From positions 4,900,001 through 4,964,000 of the forward strand of contig NC_087250.1 of assembly GCF_037042905.1 (NCBI RefSeq): 64,000 bases of DNA, in the 5' to 3' direction. The stretch comes from Lytechinus pictus. Lineage: Eukaryota. Position numbers and translations under genes: made by a program. The notes beneath the pieces were generated by a model. It worked only from the letters and a program-made list of their open reading frames with translations, ran no database searches and was not told the DNA's origin. Below are positions 40,801-53,700 of the stretch, in pieces. Every line of letters starts with the position of its first letter. Within the stretch, counting starts at the first letter, position 1.

Positions 40801-43800
40801 AACTTTAAACCAGAGTCTAAATTAAACCTTTTTTTTGGGACATGATGCCACGTAAACAGGACTGACACGTCTCTTAGCTCTCTCTGCCACCATTATTTTA
40901 TACACCCATATTTATGCTTTTTGATTACATATGGGAATATATTCTGTACTGATTGGATTATACTGATCACTTCTGGACTATCTTGACGGATTTACCCACG
41001 TTTTTGACCCGGTTTTTCGTAAAAAAATCGTCAAAAATTCACGATGCAGAAGGACAGCATGACTACTAGGCTACGTTCTTACTCTACAACGGGTGCTATA
41101 CCGAAAGACCCGAAATCGAGGGACCCGCCCCAGCAGCAGGACGATCCCAAACCGCCACGGGAACCAACGCTTAGTGAAATTCGTGAAACTATCCTGTCCA
41201 GTTCCGCTTCTACAAATCGTAAACTGGATATACTCACGACAGAAATAGCTTCAATTAAACGTAAACAAGACGAGTTTGAGGAGGCCCTTAAAAATAACTC
41301 TGATGAAATTGCATTTTTGCATAAGGAAAAGCTCCCTAACCTGGAAAAGGAAATGGAAAAGAAAATCGCTCAACTAGAAGGGAAAATCATGGAAATGGAG
41401 ATCTACAGTAGACGAGGAAACCTTCTTTTCTACGGCGTGAAGGAAACCCGCGACGAGAATGTGTATGATGTTCTTCAAAAAACCTTTGTCGACCTTGGAG
41501 TTGAGGATTCATCAGATATAAAAATCGCAATCGCTCATCGACTTCCCCGAAGAGTACACGGTGTTCAAGCAAATTCCACCCGTTCTCAGGCTCCGAACCC
41601 GATCATCGCAAAGTTCTTGTTCATGGGGGACCGAAATCGCATTCTCTCTACGTTTGAGAACAGCCAGCGACGACGGGACGCAGACACAGTCGGAGATAAA
41701 ATCACTGTCCGCACCGACCTCCCGCCGATACTCAAAGCGAAACGCGGCGCCTTAGCGAAAATTGCCTACAACCTTAGGAAAACGAAAGGCGTCTCGACAA
41801 AGATCGTCGTTATCGGACCAACAGTGCAACTACAGTGGAAAGAAAAAAATACCACTAAATGGAACATCTACAGAGACTAACTTGAATTTTGATCTTCCTT
41901 TTCTCAGATATAAAGCAAGTATATATAAATATTAGTTAATGGTTTGCTTTATACTGCCAACGCACTAAAAATATTTCCTCATTATCCATACATTTTATTA
42001 ATAAATACTAAACTACTCAAACTTACTTCTACCTCTTTTCAAGTACAAAATAGAGTAGATAAAAAGACTGCTTTCCTGCTTGGGAAATCAAATCAAATTA
42101 AAGGTTAACTGTTTGGGACTTGACCCATCAATACAAAAACACTTTCCTTTTGATGAACATAAATGATCTTTACTTTGTTATTACAGATGCAAAAATGTTG
42201 ATTTATTTATTTTCATGTGCATCTCGGTAGATCCAATGTACTCTAAAATAATACGAAAGTAAGTTTTTAGTGATTGTCAAAACAAACAATATAATTATTT
42301 CTAAGAAGGTAGCAAGTTAATACAAATATGGTTTTTGCTTTGATGTATTGCGAATGCGCAGACATTTTCTCTTTTAAAAGTTTGCTCATGCCAAAATAAT
42401 GATACTCCAATAATTTTTAAATATTTTATTGTCATAAACAATGATGATTACAGCAAATAAAGATGCTTATCTTCTTGGAAGCCAAATTATAGATGAACTT
42501 TTTGGCATGTGAATCACGTGCTCAAAACAATTTTTTTCCTTTTTTGAAAATATCAATGAATCTATCTTGTCATATACAAATGAGCACGTAAAGACTAGGT
42601 CTGAATTATTATTTTCAAAAACATGCAGGAAGCTAGTTGACACAACTATGGCTTTGGTTTTGTCACATTGCGAATGCACTGTAGCTTTCTCCTTATCATG
42701 CTTTACTTATCATAGATACTTGCAAAGGAATGTTTGTATGTGATTTTTTAAATCTCTACTTTTTTCATACAAAATAGAGTAAATGAAAATAGTACAAGTG
42801 GTTTATAGCATGGAAAACCGAATGGAAAATGAACTTTTTTTGAGAAATGACTCATGAATAAGAGGAGAAAATAAAAGGTTCTTTTGATGAACAGAATGAT
42901 CTTGATGATATATGCAAAACAAGTGATATATACCTTGCGTAATTGGAATGTCATATCACTTAATAGCATTTGCTTGCTAAAAACAGGTTAATTCATGAAT
43001 TTGAAACTTTGTTAAAAAGTAAACTGTTTTAGGTTTATTTCACTGAAGAATATATATCCACTCAGTTTTCAGAAGCATAACACGTTTTAATGTGTTTTTC
43101 ATTTCTTCATTATACTGCATTTTCCCACTGCATAGCTTTTTTAATAATCGAACAAAGAAACGTATATCAATTTCTTTTGTACGAAAAACAAAAAATAAAA
43201 TAATTTGAATCAATAGATTTTTTAATTTGTTCGCATCTTGAATGAAACGAAATAAAAATCCTTGTTGTTTTATTCTTAAAATATAAAAAAATTATGCAAG
43301 ATTTGCGTGATAAAAGAAGAGTAAAATTATGTTTCTTCTGTATGAAGAATGATAAAAGAAAAGAAGATCGAGAATTAAAAAAAAAATATATTGCATTTTC
43401 TGCATTCAACATTTTTCAAATCTGCGTACAAATATGTTTTGCTTTTTTTTCATTACAAGATGCTTAAAATTGAAGAAAGATGATGTTTTGAAGATGCGTT
43501 GGACTGAAAAAAAGGAATAGCTTAAAAGGTTTATCCTTTAGCATATTTTATTTATCTATCATGTCCTATGCTATCTGAATTATTTTCGTAATGCTCTTTT
43601 CCTTTCGCCTACGTACATTAAACAACCTGTAAATATTATCGCTTGCATAAAAATATGCCCAGTCTGTATATTGCGAGTTTTTTTTACCTTTTTTCTGTAC
43701 ACCTTATTCAAAAGATAAAAAAGCATAGACCTGTTCTATCGAATCATTTTAATGGTGGCATGAAGAACGCAATGGCAATGAAACTGGCACACAGTGATGT

Positions 43801-46800
43801 TTTATTCGTTAGCTTTTTATTGTGTCTTTCAGCGACATTGCTTTACATGTTTGTATTTTACCTTTTGGTGGTAACTTTTGCCTTTAACTTTTTCTTGTCT
43901 TTGTATGCAGGAGCATATCATTCAGAATGCTTTAAACTTTGGTACATTATTCAGGAGCCGTGTAGACATTCCGTAACATTATGTAATAGGCCTAAATTTT
44001 CTAGATGTTCCTTTTGTTACAATGGATTCACATATCGTTATACGTTGATTTTGATCAGTTGCAATGTTCTACTAAAGAAAACATTTATAGTCTCTGCTAT
44101 GTATGCATTTACATTTGCATTCTTCCGAATCTTTGTGCTATGCCGATGAGTATGGATGTTTTCCCAATGCATTCTTTAGATGAGAATGAATTTACTTCTT
44201 TGTTTAACAATTCACATACCCAGTTTCTTCCTAGTCACGGAGATGGTGCAGATAACTTTGAAGAAAGTATTTCTGAACAGCTAAATCATGAAATGCAATC
44301 TCTTTCCGTAACAATCGATCCTAACGACCTTTTATCTCCAATATCTGAATCTAAATACTTGACTGAAAATAAATTTGTTAAAGAATATTCCGCCTTTAAA
44401 AAAGATATGTCTTTCTTCCAGTTTAATATCAGAAGCCTCTCAAAAAATCTGGACAATTTCAAATCATTTCTTGACACATTATCTTTTGATTTCTCTGTTA
44501 TTGGATTATGCGAAACCTGGCTGACAGATGGAAATTATCCATTACATCTTTTAGATATGTATTCATACTTTGGGAATAATAGAAAAAACAAAACCGGTGG
44601 AGGTGTGGGATTGTACGTCTTAAACCAGTTTCAAACGAAGTCTTTAGAGGAATTAAATCAAATGTCAGACCTTGCTGAAACTGTTTTTGTTGAAATTATT
44701 GTCCCAAGAGGGAAAAATATTGTCATCGGGGAAATTTATAAACCACCTCAAGCAAATCCTCTTGATTTTTTTGAATTACTTGAGGGTCTTTTATCTGCAC
44801 CAACTCTACAAAATAAAGTATGCTTTATCATGGGAGATTTTAACCTAGACCTCTTGAAATGTAACTCGTGTAATGTATGTCAACAATTTTATGATATAAT
44901 GCTTTCAAAATCGTTTTTACCTTTAATTAATAAGCCCACTCGAATATCTGATGTATCTTCAACCCTTATAGATAATATTTTTACAAATGTTGATCAATGC
45001 TTAAGTTCCGGAATTATTATCAGTGATATGTCTGATCACTTCCCCGTATTTACTTTTTCCCCAACCCCCGACCATATCATAAACTGCTCAAGGTCTATGA
45101 CCCGTAACTATTCTGAAGACAATTTATGCAAATTTAGAGAATGTTTAGCACAAGCCGACTGGTCCCAGGTGTACACAAATTCCGACCCTAATGAAGCATA
45201 TAATATTTTTGTTAACAGGTTTCTTAATTTGTATAATACCAACATTCCATTGAAATCTTCATCCTGGAACTACAAAAAAACTCCGAGATCTCCCTGGATC
45301 ACTATGTCTCTTCTTCGTTGTATTAACCGGAAAAATCGTCTCTTTTATAAGTACAAAAAAGTTAAATCAGATCAAAGTAAACGTCGATACTCTTCATATC
45401 GTAATACCCTTACTACTTTACTTCGGACCGCTAAAAAGAATTATTTTTCTAGACAATTTGAAGAAAACAAATATGATGTCTCAAGTACGTGGAAGGTTAT
45501 AAACAATGTTCTAAATAAAAAACCAAAATCACTATCTATTTCTACAATTATGATTAACAGCTCCGAAAATAGAAATCCAATGTTGATTGCTGAAACATTT
45601 AATGATTATTTCATAAATATTGGCCCAAATCTTGCCCGCGACATTCCCAATTCCGATGTTGATTTTCGATCGTTTTTAAAAGAACCGAACGGTCAATCTA
45701 TATTTTTTACTCCTATTACTTCTCGTGAAATTATGATCATTGTTAAAGATTTGAAAACTAAAAAAAGCTCTGGGTATGATAACATCACAAATTTTCTATT
45801 GAAGAAGACTATAAATGAAATAGTACAACCGCTAACTTATTTATTCAATTTATCTTTAATAACAGGGGTAGTACCAGAAAAAATGAAAATATCAAAGGTC
45901 ATACCGATACATAAGAAAGGTAATAAACATGATATTGGAAATTATCGTCCCATTTCGCTCTTAAGCTCTTTTTCCAAAATTCTCGAAAAATTAATATACT
46001 CCCGCACTGTTAATTTTCTAAATAAATATAATATTTTATCGAAGGTTCAATTTGGTTTTAGAAAGAAACATTCAACAACCCATGCATTATTAATGTTTAT
46101 AGATAAAATAGCTACATCTATAGACGCTTTTTCTCATACTGTTGGTTTATTTCTGGACTTCTCCAAGGCCTTTGATACAATTAATCATGATATTCTTATT
46201 TTCAAATTATCACATTATGGAATACGTGGAAAGGCCTTGGAGTGGTTCAGAAGTTATCTATCTAATCGTCAGCAGTTCGTATGTATTAAAAATCAAGAAT
46301 CTCATAAAAAACTTATTACATGTGGAGTGCCACAGGGGTCTTTACTAGGCCCTTTATTATTTCTCATTTACATTAATGACTTTCAAAATTGTTCCAATAT
46401 TCTTTCATTCCTTCTGTTTGCAGATGACTCCAACATATTTATCTCTCACAAAAATCCCCAATCTCTCTTACAAACACTAAATCATGAACTGATTTTTGTT
46501 CTTAACTGGATACATTCCAATAAATTGTCACTAAATATCAATAAATCAAATTATATCTTATTCAGTAATACGATCGCTAACTTACCCGGACCTGTATTTT
46601 TAAACAACACACCTCTTGTAAAGGTTGACACAACAAAGTTTCTTGGCGTATATATCGACAGTAAATTAACTTGGAAAGCCCACATTAATCACATTAGTAA
46701 AATTATATCCAGAAATACTGGTGTCATCTGCAAACTTAAGTCATCTTTTCCAACACGTGTCTTGTTATGTTTATACTCCACCCTAATTTTGCCGTATTTA

Positions 46801-47335
46801 AATTACGGTATCCTTTCTTGGGGGAACAGTTCAAAACTTCATATCAATAAAATTTTACTTATCCAAAAAAGACTAATAAGAATTATTAATAATGCAAGTT
46901 ACCGGGCTCATTCTATGCCACTCTTTTATTCATGTAATGTTCTACAAATTTATGATCTTTATGCATTTAACCTTGGAATATTTATGTTTCAACTCTCAAG
47001 AAAAGAATTACCTATTACCGTATCTTCTCTATTTAGAAGAAATGACGAGATTCACAGTTATCCTACTCGTCAAAGTCATTATTATCATCTTCCACGTACT
47101 CGTACAGCTTTTTCACATAAAACAATTATTGTCACAGGTCCATTATTTTGGAATGAACTACTAACAGACTTCAAAGATTGCAATTCTATATATACTTTTA
47201 AACGTAAATTGAAAATTTATATTTTAAACAAATATCTAAATGACAATTCATCGGCTCCCTAGACAAATGTTCCTCTTAACTATTGTTAGTCCACCTCCCT
47301 TTGTATTTTTTTCTTTTTGTCTCCTTCTTTTTCTC

Positions 47336-47420
<85 letters not shown>

Positions 47421-50400
47421 TATTTTTTTTCTTCACATATTGATATTAAAACAAGTTGACAATTACTTATATTTAATTATTAGGGAAACTATAAATTACA
47501 AGCTCTGCTTTTTAAATAGTTTGCCCTTCATATTCTCATCTTATTGATATATCTGTCTCCAATCCAAACGTTCAATTGTATAACATTTGTCTGATTTATT
47601 ATGAATTATGGTGATGTATTGTATTATGTTATTATCAATGATTTACTGTCTTTCGATGGACGTTAAATTGTACAATGTATTTGATATTTTATGAGATATG
47701 AAAATAAAAAAAAAATAAACCAAAAAAAAAAAAAATAAACCAAAAAACCTGACCTCAGAATACGGGCCTAAAAGGGTTTAAGTTCTGCCATGCTTATTTA
47801 ATTGTGAAGTTACATGTAGGTGATAAGAGATTACATTGAATAGTAATTGTTTCTCTGGGCTTGCCGAACATTTTGTAGCGTTGTTGTTTGCATTCAACAC
47901 GCGGCATGAAGGAGTGCATTTTGTGGTGGGGTTCACTAACTTTTGAACACAACCGAACATGCATAATTTATATTCGGATTATACTTGTCTAAGAGAAGCT
48001 GAGAACTGTGTAAGCATTGTCGACTGAAGAATGAACACAGAATAGTGCAAACCTTCAAACAGTTTGTACACATCTATGGGATCTAGCCTTTGAATGTAGA
48101 ATTATTCAGAATTCCATTGGTTTATTCATCAAGACGGAGACCGTAGTTGGTTAGTCATACACGTAATACTAATGGGCAAGTCCACCCTAACAATATTAAA
48201 GAAAAATTCAACAAACATAACACTGGAAATTTCATCGAAATCGGATTTAAAATAAGAAAGTTATGATATTTTTAGAGTTATGCTTGCTTGATTTTTCTCT
48301 ATTGATTCAACTCAACATTTTTTCTGGTGTGGATTTGACCTTTCGAGGATTTTTTTATGTGGACATTCACTAGTTGATGCGATGAACAATATGAGTATGT
48401 CATAATGGCCTGTTATGCATTCATGGCCTGCCAAGTCAGTGGAATGAAGATCTGTGTTACACAGGGTATGCACACGAAAGCACACACTACCTGTCCACAT
48501 GATTAGGGCAAAATCAATTATGTTGTCACACATAGTGCCACCGCATTCTTATCTATGCTGCCGTACTTTGGCAAAAGGAAGCAAGTTATGAAAGTATCAT
48601 TTGTTGTAAATGAGCAACGTGTGTTCATCATTTACAAAGGCGTCAATGCAATTTAACAGTATATTTTCTTCAATGTCTTTCCATGGCACGATCATTTCTT
48701 CCCCAAATTTTGCCTGAACGTGCAACATACAAAGGGTGTTTTTCGGAAACAACAATAGCTCAAATTTGACTGATGTGTCACTTGCTTCCTTTGCCAATGC
48801 TGGGCAGTTTGATGTACTCACGCCACATCCACTAGTGGACATACATGGGAATATCAAAAGGTTCTTAAAACACATATTTGGTGATTATCACTGAACTGCA
48901 AACGTGCCCCACATTCACACACACCACACATACTCATACTTGGGCCCGGGCTGGTCGCAGGACGGGGATGGTCGTAGTTATCGCGGGGGTTGACCCCCGA
49001 GGCTTCCTGGCCGGCATCGCTTGGGGCGACCTCGGGGTCAGAGGTCAAGGGGTAATCGTCCCAGGGGTTACCGTAGTCATCGACCCCCGAGGGAGGGGTG
49101 GGTTGGATTGGGGAGATGACTGGGAGGGAGGGATGGTAGGAGAGCATGCAAGAAGATGAATATGGAAAGGAAAATAGGTTAGCAGGTCATTGAGGATTGC
49201 ATAAGACAAACACATATCATGCAGATTATGGACTGCTAAATTGGAGTTCAAAGCAGGCAAGGATAATCAGGTATTTAATATGAAAGCAGATATATATCAA
49301 GATATCAAGATGGCAATCACTGATTTATGCTAAGTAAAAAAAAAAGGCCCTCCTAATACATTACAACAAAACATTGTGCTTTGATTCATGTTACAGGGGG
49401 ACAGGGGGGGGGGGCCGAAAGAATTGGGAAGATAGTGGCAATGGATAGGGGATGGAAAGGGAAAGGAAGGAAGGCGAAAGGGAGAAGGTACATGTAAGAA
49501 TAGGTACATGTAGAAGGTGTAAAGGAATGGGGAATGCCGGTACAGGGGAAGGGGAAAATGGAAAGGACGAGGGGGGGCAGGAAAGAATTGAGATGATCGA
49601 GGCAACAGTTGGGGGTGGAAAGGGAAGGAAGAGGGAGGAAGGCAGGCGAAACGTGAAGGGGAATGGAAAGAAGGTGAAGAAAGAAGGTAAGAATGGCGGA
49701 ACAGGGGAAGGGAAAAGAGAAAGTGCAAGGGGAGAGAAGAATTGGGAAGATTGAGGAAACGGAAGGGGATGGAAAGGGAGGGGGGAGGGAAGGCACAAGG
49801 AAGAAGAGGGGGCATGAAAAGAAGGCAAGGGAAGAAGGGAATGGGGAATGGCGGTACAGGGGAAGAGAAGAAAGGAAAGAACAAGGGGGTGCGGAAATAC
49901 TTGGGAAGATCAAGGGAAGGGCGAAGGAAAGGGAATGATAGGAAAAGGGAGACGGGAAGGGAAGAATGAATAGAAGAGAAGCGAAGGGGGAAAGGGGAAG
50001 AGGAAACGAAGGTACAAGGGATCATATCGAGGAAGGGGTGAGGGGGATGGAAAGGGGTATGGAAAAGTGGGCGTGGCATACCTGCTGGTGGAGGGGTGTG
50101 GGCGTACTCCCTGTATCCTGATGATGACTGGTAGGGTTCCTCTGTCTTTGGCAGTGAGCTGTAAGGATCCGGTCCGATGGGGGAGGGAGCACGGTAGGGC
50201 ACATCATCACCAGCACCATCAAATCTAAACAAAGGGAAAAAATAAAAAGATATTGGTTATTTGTCGAAAAAACATACAATTTATGGTGACAATTTGAAGA
50301 GGAGTATTTAAATGCTGCTGTTTTTATTCAACATAATTATCATCACCGTTGTTATCATCATCATCGTCACCATCTCCATCATCCTCTACATCTCCTGTCA

Positions 50401-50754
50401 TCTCCTTCACCACTACCAAAATCATCATCATAATAGTCACAATGGTCATTATCATGATTACAGCTGCCCTTACCATCATCATCAACGCAATTTTGAAAAT
50501 ATTCTACTGTACAATCACCAACCGCTAACCTAAACAGTACCTTTGTCATCATTAACATCACCACCACAACCATGATCAACACCATCATCATCACCATCAC
50601 CATCATCATCATCTCCATCATCATCACCATCATCATCGTCATCATCATCGTCATCACCATCATCATCACCACCATCATCACCATCTCCATCATCATAATC
50701 GTCATCATCATCATGACCATTTTCACCATCATCATCATCGTCACCACCACCACC

Positions 50755-50786
<32 letters not shown>

Positions 50787-53700
50787 CATCACCACCATCA
50801 TCATCATCATCCTCCTCCTCCCCCTATTCCCTCTACTGCTCCACCATCTCCTCACCTATCCCTGGTACCGTAGGGATCTTCCATCTCCACCACCCTCGGG
50901 TCCACCTCTCTAAAACTATCCCTTGGTTTGGTGTCACTGCTGTAGCCATTATAATCATCATTAGAAGGTGGAGGGGGGTCTGCGTACCCATAGCCCCCCT
51001 GCCCGCTCTCTGACGGAGGGTATTCCTGGTAGTTGGAGTGATGCGGGCTTCCGTAATCCGATTGTCTTTCATAGCCTTGTGACTGCAAATGAGAAAGAGT
51101 ATGAATATGAAAACATGAGTCCATTACTGTGAAAATTATAAAGGTCTGGGAGTAAAACTTAAACAATCAATACATTTGATCAGCTTACCAACAATCGCCG
51201 AATACTACTATTAAATGTACATGTAACACTACAAATGTTTGCCTGATGTAAATGGTAAAGACTTTTTTTTACCCGATTGCTAAGAAAACACAAATGCTTG
51301 TAAGCAAGCAACCAAAGGACCGACGGCTTGTGGTCCTCTCCATGGGACTGGGTAATGAGGATTAACGCTTTACCAAAGCGCACTAGCGCACCAAGTGGGA
51401 ATCGAACCCCGGTCAGCGGAATACGAAACCCACGCTCTATTGACTGAGCTACTGATTACTGTTTTGAGACAATGATTACTGATTTGAGACATTTAATTAG
51501 TATTGTAGCATAATGAGTTATGCCTTTAAGATGTATTTCATAGTTAAGTCGTAGAGGGCGATATTTTCATGTAGTGATATGCTTTACGATTATTGGAGAA
51601 GTACGTCAGTTCGCTGGGAGCTGCGGTGGCGTGCGGTTGTAAGATGTAAGCTCCGAATAAATCAAGTTGAACTGTATACTGAATATCTCCCAAGTTGCTT
51701 CATTTGCATGATTTAGGGTGAGTGAGCGGGTGATCCGGTGTATTTCAGAGGAGCGAGAGAGTGTACCACGTTGCACAATATACTTTTGTGAACGAACCTG
51801 CCCCAAAAAGAGATATAAAAGTGAGGAGAAGCGTGGACCGGGTTCTGGAGACTGCGAGACGGCAGAACGCTACCCCCGACAGGGCCCGGTTACGCCACAC
51901 TGGTGGCCGCGGTGGGATTGAACAACGTGGTGTTGGAAGCTCAGACAACTTATATAGGCGCCTGTATTACAGGGAGCGCCATGTATATCACCTATGAAGA
52001 TCGCCAGGAGAGAGGGGTAAAGAGAGCGCCGAGGAAGGAAGCCTGGAGAGAGGCAAGAAGAGAGCGCCTATGCACGTTGGTGAATAGCACCCGGAGTGTG
52101 TGTGTTGGCGACAGCGTGGATAGCGCCGAGGAACGGGAGCCTGGAGAGAGGCAAGAAGAGAGCGCCTATGCACGTTGGTGAATAGCACCCGGAGTGTGTG
52201 TGTTGGCGACAGCGTGGATAGCGCCGAGGAAGAGCCTGGAGAGAGGAAAGAAGAGAGCGCCTATACACGTTGGTGAATAGCGCCCTGTGTGTGTGTGGCG
52301 GAGATAGTGCCTACACACGTTGGTGAATAGCGCCCTGAGTGTGCGTGGCGGAGGTAGCGCCCATGCACGTTAATGTATAGCGGCTAGGAAGAGTGCCTGG
52401 AGAGAGGCAAGAAGAGAGCGCCTATGCACGTTGGTGAATAGCGCCCTGTGTGTGTGTGGCGGAGATAGTGCCTACACACGTTGGTGAATAGCGCCCTGAG
52501 TGTGCGTGGCGGAGGTAGCTCCTACACACGTTGGTGAATAGCGCCCTGGGTGTGTGTGGCGGAGATAGTGCCTACACACGTTGGTGAATGGCGCCTTGAA
52601 TGTGTGTGGCGGAGGTAGCGTCTATGCACCCTGGTGAACAGCGCCCTGAGTGTGTGTGGCGGAGATAGCGCCTACACACGTTGGTGAATGGCGCCTTGGG
52701 TGTGTGTGTTGGCGACAGCGTGGAGAGCGCCGAGGAAGGGTGCCTGGAGAGAGGCAAGAAGAGAGCGCCTATGCACGTTGGTGAATAGCGCCCGGAGTGT
52801 CTGTGGCGGAGATAGTGCCTACACACGTTGGTGAATGGCGTATTGAGTGTGTGTGGCGGAGGTAGCGCCTATGCACGTTGGTGAATAGCGCCCTGAGTGT
52901 GTGTGGCGGAGATAGCGCCTACACACGATGGTGAATAGCGCCCTGGGTGTGTGTGGCGGAGATGGTGCCTACACGCGTTGGTGAATAGCGCCTTGAGTGT
53001 GTGTGGCGGAGATAGCGCCTACACACGTTGGGGAATGGCGTATTGAGTGTGTGTGGCGGAGGTAGCGCCTATGCACGTTGGTGAATAGCGCCTCGAGTTT
53101 GTGTGGCGGAGATGGCGCCTTGAGTGTGTGTGGCGGAGATAGCGCCTATTGAGTCGGTGTGTAGACGACAGCGTGGATAGCGCCTATACATGTAAATGTA
53201 TAGCGCCTACGACGAGTGGCTATGAAGAATAGATCTGGAATTCCTTGCAGGATAAGTGCAGCGTGGAGATGGGGATCTCTGAACGTCGAAGAGAAGTACT
53301 TGTTGGATATGCAGATACTAGCAACGAGGGAACTGGAGCTGTCCTATGTTGGGAAGGAGCAAGTCATATCCTATGCTAGTGGGGTACTGCATTCAGAAAG
53401 CAGAGAAAAAACTACTATGGGGCTCAAAAGGAGTCATGGGCCATGGTAGTATTTCGGAGCTGCAACAGAACTTCTATGGGCGGAGATCAGGACGGATCAT
53501 CGGGCACTTGGTTGGATCTTTGCAGAGGCAAGGATGGTTGCCGTGGAATTTGACATCAGCAATGAGCAGTTACCAACAGAAAGAACCTTCGATCAGGTAG
53601 ATCTTGGAAGCAGAGCATCAGTCAGTCGACCGGCCCGATTGGTCAAAGGTGGCTTCAAAGTCTAGTGTGGAGAAGTCCTATTGGAGGATGCGCAGCTAGA

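Larger units (their letters stand above)
40829..47744 (+). mobile_element. Apparently full-length CR1/L2-group non-LTR retrotransposon
   Basis: ORF1 plus APE-RT ORF2; 3' stem-loop ~47482-47527; A-rich tail; aaacc at both junctions inside the host MITE. Confidence 0.9.
40537..47768. mobile_element. PIF/Harbinger-like MITE (family B) split by the LINE
   Basis: TIR ggccc(a/g)tattctga(a/g)gtcaggttt; TAA on both sides; paralog at 6897-7588. Confidence 0.85.

Noticed and set aside
47337..47430. poly-Phe/poly-Lys ORFs
   Set aside because: Poly-T tract in the LINE 3' UTR; its length may be a sequencing artefact
49330..50232. 300-aa Pro/Phe-rich ORF
   Set aside because: Real exon plus read-through into a polypyrimidine intron
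52005..53190. CRISPR-like regular repeats
   Set aside because: No unique spacers or cas genes; eukaryotic minisatellite within an LTR element
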